IMG/VR virus record: IMGVR_UViG_3300015371_000001
Span: 77,277-141,276 of that record
Strand: one strand, 5' to 3'
Length of the DNA: 64,000 nucleotides
From: a virus
The notes under the pieces were generated by a model, which worked only from the letters and a program-made list of their open reading frames with translations, was not told the origin of the DNA and made no database searches. The position numbers and the translations under genes are program-made. Positions 18,833-27,733 of this stretch are shown piece by piece; the stretch's first letter is position 1; the number at the start of each line of letters is the position of its first letter.

Positions 18833-19304
18833 TCATTCGGTCCTTTGTCCTCTGTGCAGTCCGACGATTGATCTGACCGAGCAGGAGGAGGCCAACCACA
18901 TCGCGTCCGGGGTGAACCCGTCCACCGGTACTCCGGCTGACCCTGGCATCAACACGCCGGAGCGTCGTCACGAGGACGAGCAGTTGGCTGACATCCTGGA
19001 CCGGGCTGCCGATCTATTGGAGACGCACGGTCGTTGCACCGAGCAGTTGGTCGACAAGGCGACCGGCGAGTTGTGTCTGGTCGGTGCGCTGATGAAGGCG
19101 AGCGACGAGCACGAGGTGGTCGGCAAGCGTCGTCGCCGGGTCTACCGGCACATGCTCGACACCACCTGGCTGGAGATGGATTTGCCTCGACTGTGGTTGT
19201 CGTCGTGGAACGACTCTAAATGGACCACCGACCAACAAATCCTCGACGCCCTGCGTCTGGGAGCCAAGAACGCAAGAATGCCAAAACCGATGGAGGCAGA
19301 ATGA
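18819..19304 (+). CDS. DUF6197-like protein, paralog 5
   Basis: ILDRAADLLETHG..GELCLVGAL..SWND..QILDALR. Confidence 0.75.
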   Translation: MAMHDHSVLCPLCSPTIDLTEQEEANHIASGVNPSTGTPADPGINTPERRHEDEQLADILDRAADLLETHGRCTEQLVDKATGELCLVGALMKASDEHEVVGKRRRRVYRHMLDTTWLEMDLPRLWLSSWNDSKWTTDQQILDALRLGAKNARMPKPMEAE

Positions 19305-19852
19305 ATACCACAATCGGGACGTTGACCGAGTCCCCCACCGTGCAGTTGTCGATCACCAAGAAGCTGATCGATGAGGCCGTCGTGGGAGACTCCTCCCACT
19401 GCATGGTCGCCAACGCGGTCAAGCAGGCCATCCCCCACGCGCGGCACGTCAGCGCCGACATTCAGTCGATTCGCTTCAGCGATCCGAGCAAGGGTGTCCG
19501 CTACATCTACCTGACGCCGCGCAAGGCGCAGGAGGCGATCCTGTCCTTCGACCGGGGCAACAAGCCCAAGCCGTTCCGGACTACGATTCGGAATGCCCAT
19601 GTGACCGAGATGGGCAAGAAGAAGTCGCCGAAGAAGATGGTCAGGCGGACGAAGGACGGCCCGCGCAGCACGCCGATGGTCGTCGGTGGCAAGCCTGCGC
19701 CGATGGGAGCGCTGTCCGGTACGGCACGGACCAAGGCCACCAAGAAGGCGGCGGCGCGCAAGGTCGGCAAGCTCAACCAGCGTCGGGCAGGCGAGGCCAC
19801 GGGCCGGATCGGTCGTCGCCGTGAGTTCGGCCTTCGGGCGATGGTCAAGTAG
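19301..19852 (+). CDS. Basic hypothetical protein (possible nucleic-acid binding)
   Basis: K/R-rich C-terminal half. Confidence 0.65.
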   Translation: MNTTIGTLTESPTVQLSITKKLIDEAVVGDSSHCMVANAVKQAIPHARHVSADIQSIRFSDPSKGVRYIYLTPRKAQEAILSFDRGNKPKPFRTTIRNAHVTEMGKKKSPKKMVRRTKDGPRSTPMVVGGKPAPMGALSGTARTKATKKAAARKVGKLNQRRAGEATGRIGRRREFGLRAMVK

Positions 19853-19926
19853 CGCTTGGAGGTGAACCGAGTGCTGAGATTGGACGAGTGGGTCTACCCT
19901 GCGTGGTGGGACCCCAAGGAGGCAGC

Positions 19927-20448
19927 ATGAATCCCTTCGGCCAAGAGCCGGAAGATGCCGAGCTAGGCAAGAACACTACGGTCATGGATCGGTCCGGTGG
20001 GCATTCGGGTGTGGTGGCCAAATACTACGTGGCTCCGCCGCAAGTCGGCTCGGACGAGTACGACGTGCTGGACGCTGCGTGGCTAGACCACTTTCCCGGT
20101 CGGTCGAAGAAGCCGATCATCTCCGACTTGGTTGCCGACGTGATGGAGGCGTGCGCGGACTACATGACCGAGGTCGGTCACACCAAGTACACGCTCATCG
20201 ACAACGACGGCTCGGTGTGTTTGACCGGCGCGGTTGACGGTGTCACGAACGGTTGGCCGTCGTGGCAGCGGACGCTGTTCATGGATCACATGGAGGCCGT
20301 GGTTCGGCCTCCACAGAGGCCGATGGCGCTGATCATGTGGAACGACTATCCCGAGACGACGCAGGAGCAGGTGGTCGAGGGCTTCCGGAAGGCTGCCAAG
20401 GTCGCTCGTGGAGCACCATTGGAGGATGCCTCCGATGGATCTCAATGA
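19927..20448 (+). CDS. DUF6197-like protein, paralog 6
   Basis: GSVCLTGAV..MWND.PETTQEQVVEGFRKAA. Confidence 0.75.
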   Translation: MNPFGQEPEDAELGKNTTVMDRSGGHSGVVAKYYVAPPQVGSDEYDVLDAAWLDHFPGRSKKPIISDLVADVMEACADYMTEVGHTKYTLIDNDGSVCLTGAVDGVTNGWPSWQRTLFMDHMEAVVRPPQRPMALIMWNDYPETTQEQVVEGFRKAAKVARGAPLEDASDGSQ

Positions 20449-20806
20449 CCCGAAGCGAAAGCGGTACTACCCTCCCCGGCGTCCGACCGAAGTCTTTATG
20501 GCCAAGCTCGCGGCTGCGATCCAGGACTACCGGGAGTGGACCGGGCTGTCCCAGCGCGAGCTAGGCGAGCGGATCGGTCTAGAGCACTCCTCGGTGTCCA
20601 AGCTGGAGAAGGGCCAACGGATGCCGTCGATGTGGATTCTGGAGAACCTGGCCAGGGCCGGGGTCATCACCATCTTCATCTCGAAAAGCGGCACACAGAT
20701 CAAGGCAGTCAAGAGTGAGCAGAACAAGAGCCCGGATCATCAACCCGCGCCAGGCGGACCTGGCGCAAGCTCGGGAGTTCGTCCGCTCCCTGGTGGCTCT
20801 GCGTAA
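20435..20806 (+). CDS. XRE-family HTH regulator
   Basis: GLSQRELGERIGLEHSSVSKLEKGQRMPS. Confidence 0.85.
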   Translation: MDLNDPKRKRYYPPRRPTEVFMAKLAAAIQDYREWTGLSQRELGERIGLEHSSVSKLEKGQRMPSMWILENLARAGVITIFISKSGTQIKAVKSEQNKSPDHQPAPGGPGASSGVRPLPGGSA

Positions 20807-20984
20807 GATCCAGGGACTTACGCAGGCGCAGGTCGCCAAGCGGATGGGCGTGCCGCAGTCACAGATCTCGGTCCTGGAGAACGAGCACCACGTACTTCGG
20901 CTCGACACCCTTCAGCGTTACGCCAGAGCCATCGGGGCCACGCTTCACTTCACCTACACCGTGGACGAGGCCAAGGTCGAGTAG
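20715..20984 (+). CDS. XRE-family HTH regulator
   Basis: GLTQAQVAKRMGVPQSQISVLEN..LDTLQRYARAIG. Confidence 0.85.
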   Translation: MSRTRARIINPRQADLAQAREFVRSLVALRKIQGLTQAQVAKRMGVPQSQISVLENEHHVLRLDTLQRYARAIGATLHFTYTVDEAKVE

Positions 20985-21013
20985 GCTGGAGCCCTATCTA
21001 TTTGGAGGCAGCA

Positions 21014-21505
21014 ATGTGTGAATACTGTGGTGACCCGACGGTGGCGGCTGATCTTCCGACGCCAGACATCCCCAAGCTCCGCAAGCTCTATGAGTGGGCG
21101 TGCGAGCAGGATGCGTTGCGGAAGAAGTCGTTTCGTGCAGGCGACTACGACTTGACCGAATGGGCTCAGGGGCAGTGGGCGCAGAAGATCGTGGGTGTAG
21201 AAGGCGTCTGCGGTACGGCGTACTGCATAGCCGGGAAGGCGGCGGCGGAGGCTGGCGCGACCTGGACCGAGCAGCAGTTGAGCGGTGAGCACGGTGGGTC
21301 GACCTGCACGCTGCCGAATGGCAGGGTCATGACCGTACGCATTTTTGCGCAGCAGGACTTGGGTCTGTCGCATAGCGAGGCCAGCCGGTTGTTCCACGGC
21401 ACGAACGACATCGGCACGATCCACCATGTCCTGAGGGACATCTGGGAGCGGGCTGGGGAGAAGTTCGACCTGACGCTTCCAGAGCATTTGACTGATTCGG
21501 ACTGA
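21014..21505 (+). CDS. Phage hypothetical protein with CGTAYCIAG motif
   Basis: WAQGQW..CGTAYCIAG..LGLSHSEASRLF. Confidence 0.7.
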   Translation: MCEYCGDPTVAADLPTPDIPKLRKLYEWACEQDALRKKSFRAGDYDLTEWAQGQWAQKIVGVEGVCGTAYCIAGKAAAEAGATWTEQQLSGEHGGSTCTLPNGRVMTVRIFAQQDLGLSHSEASRLFHGTNDIGTIHHVLRDIWERAGEKFDLTLPEHLTDSD

Positions 21506-21508
21506 ACG

Positions 21509-21913
21509 ATGGGACGCTTTGCCGATACGTTGCGCAAGGAGATGGAGCCTGAAAATCCTCTGCGCAGCGGCGATACCCAGGTGGCGTTGATCCACTTCCT
21601 GGCGCGTCTGGAGGCGTTGGAGGCCGAGGAGCAGCAGGCCATCGAGCAGGCCACCGACAAGGCGCTGGAGCGGATGGGTCACCCACCGTACCGAGGGCCG
21701 TTGATCAGAGACGTACGTGCCGTTCTGAAGCGTCGTAGGGATCGCCGGGGGGAGATGGTCACCGAGCCTGAGATCGAGGCTCCAGCGCCCGTAGACGACG
21801 ATCCTGAGGGTGGCTGGTTCTTCTCCGTGCAGGGGATGATCAGGTTCGAGGACGGAGAGGGGATCTTCGATGAACAGGAAGCCCCCGAATTGGAAAAAGA
21901 TGCCACCGGATGA
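21509..21913 (+). CDS. Hypothetical protein
   Basis: ORF in gene train. Confidence 0.55.
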   Translation: MGRFADTLRKEMEPENPLRSGDTQVALIHFLARLEALEAEEQQAIEQATDKALERMGHPPYRGPLIRDVRAVLKRRRDRRGEMVTEPEIEAPAPVDDDPEGGWFFSVQGMIRFEDGEGIFDEQEAPELEKDATG

Positions 21914-22247
21914 GCAGTCGCAGTACCTAGCCGATCTGTACTACGTCTCGGCTCAGATGAGGAGCGACCAACCTCACCCGTGGGCAGGACCGTTCTCAGC
22001 GACTCGGTTCGTGCAGGTGGAGTCCATCTTCGGGATCGCCGCCGCGTTGTTCGGCTTCTGGATCTGGAGTCAGCCCAGCGGTCAACTCCTTGCTGGCGTC
22101 TCGTGGGTGGTCGCTGTCGTTTGTCTGTGGGAGCCCGCGTGGCTGATCGCGTCGTACTTTGCGGCGATTGGCTACGCCAGGAAACACCCAGAGCGATATG
22201 AGGTTCGGGGGTCGAAGTTCCGACTACGACTGGAGGCGATGAAGTGA
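21870..22247 (+). CDS. Membrane protein
   Basis: Two to three TM segments. Confidence 0.6.
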   Translation: MNRKPPNWKKMPPDEQSQYLADLYYVSAQMRSDQPHPWAGPFSATRFVQVESIFGIAAALFGFWIWSQPSGQLLAGVSWVVAVVCLWEPAWLIASYFAAIGYARKHPERYEVRGSKFRLRLEAMK

Positions 22248-22447
22248 CAGACGAGAACGATCTGCTAGATGCTGACGCTGCGTGGGAGCGTGCCAGTGCT
22301 CTGCTCCGGCAAGCCGACCGGAGCTTGCGGGGCGGAACCCCCGGCATCGCCGACACGCAGGCCAACCTGGCGATGGCCTACACCTTGTACGCCACCGGCA
22401 GGCAGGAAGGCAGCATCATCTTCGAACCTGCTGAAGAAAACAGGTAG
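22244..22447 (+). CDS. Hypothetical protein
   Basis: GTGA-coupled. Confidence 0.55.
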   Translation: MTDENDLLDADAAWERASALLRQADRSLRGGTPGIADTQANLAMAYTLYATGRQEGSIIFEPAEENR

Positions 22448-22496
22448 AACCGAGTACCAGGGTTCGAGAGGGTATCTATTCACAGGAGGCGCACCA

Positions 22497-22757
22497 GTGA
22501 GCGTTGACACCCAGACGGCCCCGGAAGGCAAGGCAACCTTGTCGATTCCGGACCCCACCGGGGACACCCGCATTCTGTGGGACCCCACCAACCGTGACGA
22601 GGTCGACCTGGCCCGAGCCGCTTTCGAGCAGGCGAAGGCAAAGGGAATGGCAGCGTTCGCAGTCAACCCGGCTGACGGCTCTCAGGGCGGTCAGATCCGT
22701 GAGTTCGACCCGGAGGCGAAGGCCATCGTCATGGTGCGGCAGTTGCAGGGAGGCTAG
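22497..22757 (+). CDS. Putative ubiquitin-like (beta-grasp) protein ending in Gly-Gly
   Basis: 86 aa; AGGAGG SD; apparent beta-beta-alpha-beta-beta-beta pattern; ends AIVMVRQLQGG-stop. Confidence 0.6.
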   Translation: MSVDTQTAPEGKATLSIPDPTGDTRILWDPTNRDEVDLARAAFEQAKAKGMAAFAVNPADGSQGGQIREFDPEAKAIVMVRQLQGG

Positions 22758-22762
22758 TCCCC

Positions 22763-23740
22763 TTGCCGGACCGCGATGAGGACCGAGGCCCGGATGTGTC
22801 CCTGAAAGCTGGGACCATCCGGGCTTCGGATTTATCAGACTTTGCAATCAGCCTGAAGCACGTACAACGAGGGATCGAGAACATGGCCATCACCATCCGG
22901 GACTTGGACGGCGCGTTCCGTACGGCGGCGGGGCAGATCACGACCAACACCACGACGGGGACCTACACGGGTCGGATCGTCAACAACACCAACGCGACGG
23001 TCACCTTCAACGATATGTATACCAACACTTGGACCACTGGCTACAACGGCTACGACCGGATCACGTACGACGACTTCGGGTGGGACCAACGGTTGGAGGA
23101 CTATCGACGTTGGTATACGACGCCCCCACGGGATACGCGGACGCCGGAGGAGATTCAGGAGGCTGCGGCGCGACTTCAGCGTGAGCTAGACGAGCGGCAG
23201 TACCGGCGTGAGGAGCAGAGCCGTCGTCGGCTGGAGCGAGCCCAGCGTGAGGAGGAGAACCGGCAGGCGGCGCACAACCGTGGCCTGGAGGTCCTGGAGT
23301 GGATCTTGACGCCCGAGGAGCGCGAGCAGTGGGCCAAGGACAGTCAGGTCGTGGTCAAGGGCTCTGAGGGCAACCTGTACCGGGTGAACACCTCTGGGGT
23401 CCACGGCAATCTCACCGAGGTCGATGAGCACGGCTGCGAGTTGGCCCACATCTGCGTCGCGCCTCAGATGTACGTGGGTCGGAACGACCACGAGGACGAC
23501 TATGGACGAGTAATGCCGTCGTCAGATGGCTGGGTGGGTCAGATCCTCATGATCAAGAACAGCGAGCGGGAGATTCAGGCCAGGGGTAACTACTCGCGTC
23601 GTAATCCGTGCCGTCGAGACCGGAACCGGACCGCGCGGATCAACCGTGAGCCGATGCCTGGAGACCGGATGGAGCTTGCTCACGTCATCCGTGAACAGCG
23701 TGAGCGGATGGAGCACAACTGGAACGTGAACGCCGCGTGA
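22763..23740 (+). CDS. Partner protein A of the GG-terminated protein (coiled coil plus conserved Cys domain)
   Basis: LT.EE..GS.G..YRV..N..E.D.HGCE...C.AP.MY..P..G..GQ.L shared with next gene; start uncertain. Confidence 0.65.
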   Translation: MPDRDEDRGPDVSLKAGTIRASDLSDFAISLKHVQRGIENMAITIRDLDGAFRTAAGQITTNTTTGTYTGRIVNNTNATVTFNDMYTNTWTTGYNGYDRITYDDFGWDQRLEDYRRWYTTPPRDTRTPEEIQEAAARLQRELDERQYRREEQSRRRLERAQREEENRQAAHNRGLEVLEWILTPEEREQWAKDSQVVVKGSEGNLYRVNTSGVHGNLTEVDEHGCELAHICVAPQMYVGRNDHEDDYGRVMPSSDGWVGQILMIKNSEREIQARGNYSRRNPCRRDRNRTARINREPMPGDRMELAHVIREQRERMEHNWNVNAA

Positions 23741-24315
23741 GTGAGGATCTGTGGCGCAAGCTGCTCGTACAGGAGGGCATCGTGCAGGCTCCGATGGAAG
23801 CCGATGTGTTGTGGAAGATGTGGGTCGACCGGTACTTGAAGCCGTGGCAGCCGTCGGCTCGCGAACGTGAACGGCACGCCGCTCAGGCTGAGCGAACCCG
23901 GCAACGACTCCGGCAGGACTTGGCTGAGCAGCGTGGTCACGAGCGCAATGAGCGTGCGGCGTGGGAGGAGTTGGACTCGCATCTCACCAAGGATGAGGTC
24001 GCTCAGCGAAAGAAGGACGGTTACGTCGACTTCATGGGCTCGAACGGTCGGCGGTACCGGGTCTATATGAGTGACGAGTTCGGGATCACCGACAACGTCT
24101 GGGAGATCGACCAGCATGGGTGCGAGATCCGGAACTACTGTGGAGCGCCGGAGATGTACGCCAACGACATGAGGTTCGCGCGTACGAAAGCCATTCCTGA
24201 GCCGTTGGGATACTTGGGACAGGTTTTGACGTTGAGGTTCAATGCCGAGGCATTTTTGGCAGCGGCGTACGCAGGCGAAGTATGGCAATGTGAGAGGCAG
24301 CAAGGCAGTGGCTAA
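23737..24315 (+). CDS. Partner protein B, paralog of 22763-23740
   Basis: GSNGRRYRV..NVWEIDQHGCEIRNYCGAPEMY..GYLGQVL. Confidence 0.7.
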   Translation: MSEDLWRKLLVQEGIVQAPMEADVLWKMWVDRYLKPWQPSARERERHAAQAERTRQRLRQDLAEQRGHERNERAAWEELDSHLTKDEVAQRKKDGYVDFMGSNGRRYRVYMSDEFGITDNVWEIDQHGCEIRNYCGAPEMYANDMRFARTKAIPEPLGYLGQVLTLRFNAEAFLAAAYAGEVWQCERQQGSG

Positions 24316-24447
24316 CAGGTACCGGACCAGGCAGCGTCCGGCAAGACAGCGGGGTCATCTGGCGGACAAGCTCCACCACCCTGTTTCGATCCTCGTGATG
24401 GGCGTGGCGGTGTTCACCATCTTGGTGTGGCTTCCACGCTGCGCGGG

Positions 24448-24954
24448 ATGACGAAGAAGGCTCCGCCGAATCCCGAGACGGTTCGTCTCATCGAGGCGAC
24501 TCGTGAGGCTCACGAGGTTCTGGCTGATCTGAAGGCGGAGCGGAAGGCTATCGAGGACCTGGTTGAGAACGCTTCGGCGAAGCTCGCCGAGGAGCTTCAG
24601 GCGATGCATGACGGTTTCGTCGCGGCGCTGGTCGAGCAGGGCTTGGAGAACTACAGGTCCACGATTGAGCAGGCTCAAGAGGATGGCGTAAGGACGATCC
24701 TCGAAGGGTTTGATGAGATGGTCAGCAAGTTGTTGATCGCGACCAAGAAGGATCAGCGCCGAGGACTGCCGTCGATTCCTGATCTGGTAGAGCAGATGGC
24801 GTCCGGCAACCTGGATTTCGACTCTGAGGCGATGAAGCGCAAGGTCCAGGAGATTGAGGCGGAGATGGCCGCTGAACAGCGGTTGCGTGACCGGGAGGAG
24901 CGACGTGCCCGAGCTAAGGCAGAAGCTAAGTCCCGAAGAAAAGGTCGCCGGTAG
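24448..24954 (+). CDS. Coiled-coil protein
   Basis: Long amphipathic helices. Confidence 0.65.
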   Translation: MTKKAPPNPETVRLIEATREAHEVLADLKAERKAIEDLVENASAKLAEELQAMHDGFVAALVEQGLENYRSTIEQAQEDGVRTILEGFDEMVSKLLIATKKDQRRGLPSIPDLVEQMASGNLDFDSEAMKRKVQEIEAEMAAEQRLRDREERRARAKAEAKSRRKGRR

Positions 24955-25249
24955 GAAGTTCCGGGACGAGCAGCAGGCGTACCTCGACAGGCTGAATGAG
25001 ACAGACCCGCCGACGTACGACGAAGGTGTGGACACGCTCCAGCGATACATCCGCCACGAGTGTGCCAAGCAGGGAGGCCGGAAGGCGTTGTCGATGCAGG
25101 AGGTCTACATCTTCAGCGATGACAAGAAGTTCGGCTTCATATTCAAGGAAGGCAAGTGCCGGTGCGGAGAGACAGCACGAACGGCAACAGGTCGGTTCGT
25201 GATCGCATCGGAGAGACCACCACTGGAAGGAAGGGTGGCACGTAGATGA
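24905..25249 (+). CDS. Hypothetical protein
   Basis: GGAGG SD, GTG start; Cys motifs. Confidence 0.55.
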   Translation: MPELRQKLSPEEKVAGRKFRDEQQAYLDRLNETDPPTYDEGVDTLQRYIRHECAKQGGRKALSMQEVYIFSDDKKFGFIFKEGKCRCGETARTATGRFVIASERPPLEGRVARR

Positions 25250-25575
25250 CTGATCCGTGGGACATGCCAGAGATGAAGGAGTGGGCCGACCACATCCGGA
25301 AGGAGTTGGTCCCTAAGCTTGTCGGCTCGGCAGCGACGGTGTCGATTGTGCCGAAGGGTGAGACCGACGTGAAGTACGCGGTCGAGCTAGGCATGTCGAT
25401 CATGTTGGAGAAGCCGCTAGTGCTGATGGTCTCTCCTGGCGCGCATGTGCCGGACAAGCTGGCGCAGATCGCCGACGCCATCATCGAGATCGACTTCGAT
25501 GACGCTGACAGTCAGCACCAGGCAGGCGAACGGCTCCAAGAGTTCCTGATCTCGGTGGCGAACGATGGATCTTGA
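25246..25575 (+). CDS. Hypothetical protein (small Rossmann-like pattern)
   Basis: AVELGMSIMLEKPLVL recalls nucleoside deoxyribosyltransferase-like folds. Confidence 0.55.
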   Translation: MTDPWDMPEMKEWADHIRKELVPKLVGSAATVSIVPKGETDVKYAVELGMSIMLEKPLVLMVSPGAHVPDKLAQIADAIIEIDFDDADSQHQAGERLQEFLISVANDGS

Positions 25576-25750
25576 CGATCCGTACATCGACCTCGGGTGG
25601 TGGGCGATGTCGGGTCGAAACCTCATGGAGGCGCTTCAGCGGGCTCATAATGGCGAGGACCCTGACCTGATCTACGCCGAGCTATACGCCAACTCGCGGA
25701 CGGAGATCCCTCCAGTCGCGGAGTAGGCTCGCAGTAGGAGGCAGTCCCCG

Positions 25751-25975
25751 ATGAGCATGTTCCCTGGCAGGTTCACCCTGCGGTGTTGGCACTGTGGTCT
25801 GTGGCGCACCTTCCGGAACGGTAAGACCAACGAGGAGATCGATCAGGCGCTCCGTGACAAGGAGTGGGTCGTACGCCGGAACGAATCTGGTGACCTGACC
25901 GGATTGGCTTGTCCGGAGTGTTCCAGCCGCTACTTCCTGACAGGGGAGGTGGCTCATGAAACCGACCAAGCGTGA
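25751..25975 (+). CDS. Zinc-ribbon protein
   Basis: CWHC..W..CPEC. Confidence 0.65.
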   Translation: MSMFPGRFTLRCWHCGLWRTFRNGKTNEEIDQALRDKEWVVRRNESGDLTGLACPECSSRYFLTGEVAHETDQA

Positions 25976-26621
25976 GGTCATCGGCTTGAGTGCGGTGGTG
26001 CTCGGCTTCATCGGCTTGATCATGGCTTGGATCTTCACCGATCACGGCAGTGCTGACGAGCAGACCAAAGATCCTCCCATCGTGGAGATCGCCGTGGGGC
26101 AACCGGCGTACCCAGGGGTCTCTGGGTTTGGTACCCGTACAGGTGGTGGTCGAGGAGGACCGGTCTGTCAGGTGACGGACGCCGATTCCTTCACGGAGTG
26201 CGTCGCGCAGGACGGTCCGCGCATCGTCGTTTTTGAGAAGGGCGGCACCTACGTCTTGGATCAGCCGGTGGAGATCACCGAGCCGTACTTGACCATCGCC
26301 GGTCAGACGGCACCTGGAGGGATCAAGCTGACTCAGCCGCTCAAGGTCATGACGCATGACGTGGTGATCCGGTGGGTTGACTGCAACGTGTACCTGAGCC
26401 GATATGCAATGCTCCCCCGAGCCAATGTGGTCCTGGACCGGATCGGACCGAGCGCCGTGCCGGTGATCCCAAAGCCGCTCATCGACAGCGATGATGACGG
26501 GATGCCTGACGACTTCGAGATCTGGCATCACAACGATCTCAACGCCGACGATGCGGCGTATGACGTGGACAAGAACGGCTATGCCGATATTGAGGACTGG
26601 TTCAACCAGTTGTTGTCGTGA
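25956..26621 (+). CDS. Membrane-anchored pectate-lyase-like protein lacking the central catalytic part
   Basis: AYPGVSGFG..TGGGRGG..GPRIVVF..TIAGQTAPGGI..DVVIR joined almost directly to DSDDDGMPDDFE..NGYADIEDWFN. Confidence 0.75.
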   Translation: MKPTKREVIGLSAVVLGFIGLIMAWIFTDHGSADEQTKDPPIVEIAVGQPAYPGVSGFGTRTGGGRGGPVCQVTDADSFTECVAQDGPRIVVFEKGGTYVLDQPVEITEPYLTIAGQTAPGGIKLTQPLKVMTHDVVIRWVDCNVYLSRYAMLPRANVVLDRIGPSAVPVIPKPLIDSDDDGMPDDFEIWHHNDLNADDAAYDVDKNGYADIEDWFNQLLS

Positions 26622-26926
26622 ACCAACCGCGAGGCGTAGGCGACATCTTCGGGGAGGACATCCCTCCGCTGAGGGGTACGCCCGCGTGTGACGGTGTGGA
26701 CCCCAAGCTGTTCGACTCGGTCCATGAGGAGGACCACATCACGGTCGCCGTGGAGTACTGCGCTGGGTGTCCGGCGAAGCGGTCGTGTCTGGAGCGCCGG
26801 GAGTGGTTGGCGAATCTCCACCCGTATGCCAAGCCGGAGGGGACCTGGGGCGGCAGGCTCTACAACACCAAGGGCCGTCAGAAGCGAGTCAAGCCGAACA
26901 AGTACATCCGATACCGAGCGGCGTGA
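26618..26926 (+). CDS. whiB: WhiB-family transcription factor
   Basis: ACDGVDPKLF..YCAGCPAKRSC..GTWGG: four Cys plus GxWGG. Confidence 0.85.
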   Translation: MNQPRGVGDIFGEDIPPLRGTPACDGVDPKLFDSVHEEDHITVAVEYCAGCPAKRSCLERREWLANLHPYAKPEGTWGGRLYNTKGRQKRVKPNKYIRYRAA

Positions 26927-26933
26927 CCGATAA
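26927..26933 (+). promoter_or_regulatory. Putative late promoter -10 element CCGATAA
   Basis: Directly after whiB stop, 7 nt before a GTG. Confidence 0.55.
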
Positions 26934-26940
26934 TCTTGTC

Positions 26941-27147
26941 GTGGAGATCGACCCGGCTCACGAGAGTACGTGGGGAGCAACCCCGGAGTACAAAGCGGCG
27001 TGGGAAGCCAAGCATGGTGAGAGCGCCCTACGTCCGGCTGAGAGCGCTCCCAAGGCCGAGTGGGTCGATTGGGCTGTCGCGCATACTGACCTTGACCGGA
27101 AGCAGGCCGAGGGTCTGACGACGAAGGCACTGAAGGAACTGGAATGA
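26941..27147 (+). CDS. Small HeH/LEM-like protein
   Basis: RPAESAPKAEWVDWAV..AEGLTTKAL; start could be 26923. Confidence 0.6.
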   Translation: MEIDPAHESTWGATPEYKAAWEAKHGESALRPAESAPKAEWVDWAVAHTDLDRKQAEGLTTKALKELE

Positions 27148-27293
27148 GAGGTAGCCCGCTCGTCTGGACGATTGTCGGCATTCTGCTGATCATCCTGTTG
27201 GTGATCATTCTGATCAGGGCGTTTGACGACAACGGCGATGGCGGCAAGGGAGATGACGGCGTTCTCACACCTCGCCTCGTCCTTGTGAGGTAG
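27144..27293 (+). CDS. Small single-TM protein (49 aa)
   Basis: ATGA-coupled; LVWTIVGILLIILLVIILI. Confidence 0.6.
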   Translation: MRGSPLVWTIVGILLIILLVIILIRAFDDNGDGGKGDDGVLTPRLVLVR

Positions 27294-27295
27294 CC

Positions 27296-27733
27296 GTGGC
27301 TGATCTCGGGCAGCCGATTTCGAACCAGAGTCTCTTGGTGGCAGCAAAGATTGTGCTGCCAGGTTTCCCTGCCGTGTCCATCTGGATCGGCCTGGCGTTC
27401 CTGTTCGGTGATCCGTCTCGTTACACCTCGCCTTCGCTCGATGTGGCCAAGGACATCATGCCGATTCGGACCTGGGGCGTGTTGTTCTTGTTGGTCGGCG
27501 CGATTGAGTTGTCTGCGCTGATCTTCGGAGGCAATCGGTTTTGGTTCTCTGCTGCGCTCGCCATCGGAGCGGCCATGTTCGCCGTCTGGACCGTGGTGTT
27601 GACGGTGGCCATCTTCACGGTGCCGGACGCCTCGCTGACCGGTCCGGTCTACCCTGCATTCATCGCGCTCGTCCACCTGTCATTCATCCGCTACTTGAGC
27701 TACGACTGGTACCAGATCGAGCGCAGCCGTTAG
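27296..27733 (+). CDS. Four-TM membrane protein; paralog of 5981-6388
   Basis: Shared motif pattern. Confidence 0.75.
   Translation: MADLGQPISNQSLLVAAKIVLPGFPAVSIWIGLAFLFGDPSRYTSPSLDVAKDIMPIRTWGVLFLLVGAIELSALIFGGNRFWFSAALAIGAAMFAVWTVVLTVAIFTVPDASLTGPVYPAFIALVHLSFIRYLSYDWYQIERSR

Noticed and set aside
21870-21913. GGAAAAA in a gene overlap as a tail-chaperone-type frameshift
   Set aside because: The downstream ORF is in the +1 frame and has its own ATG; the heptamer is not in X XXY YYZ phase.
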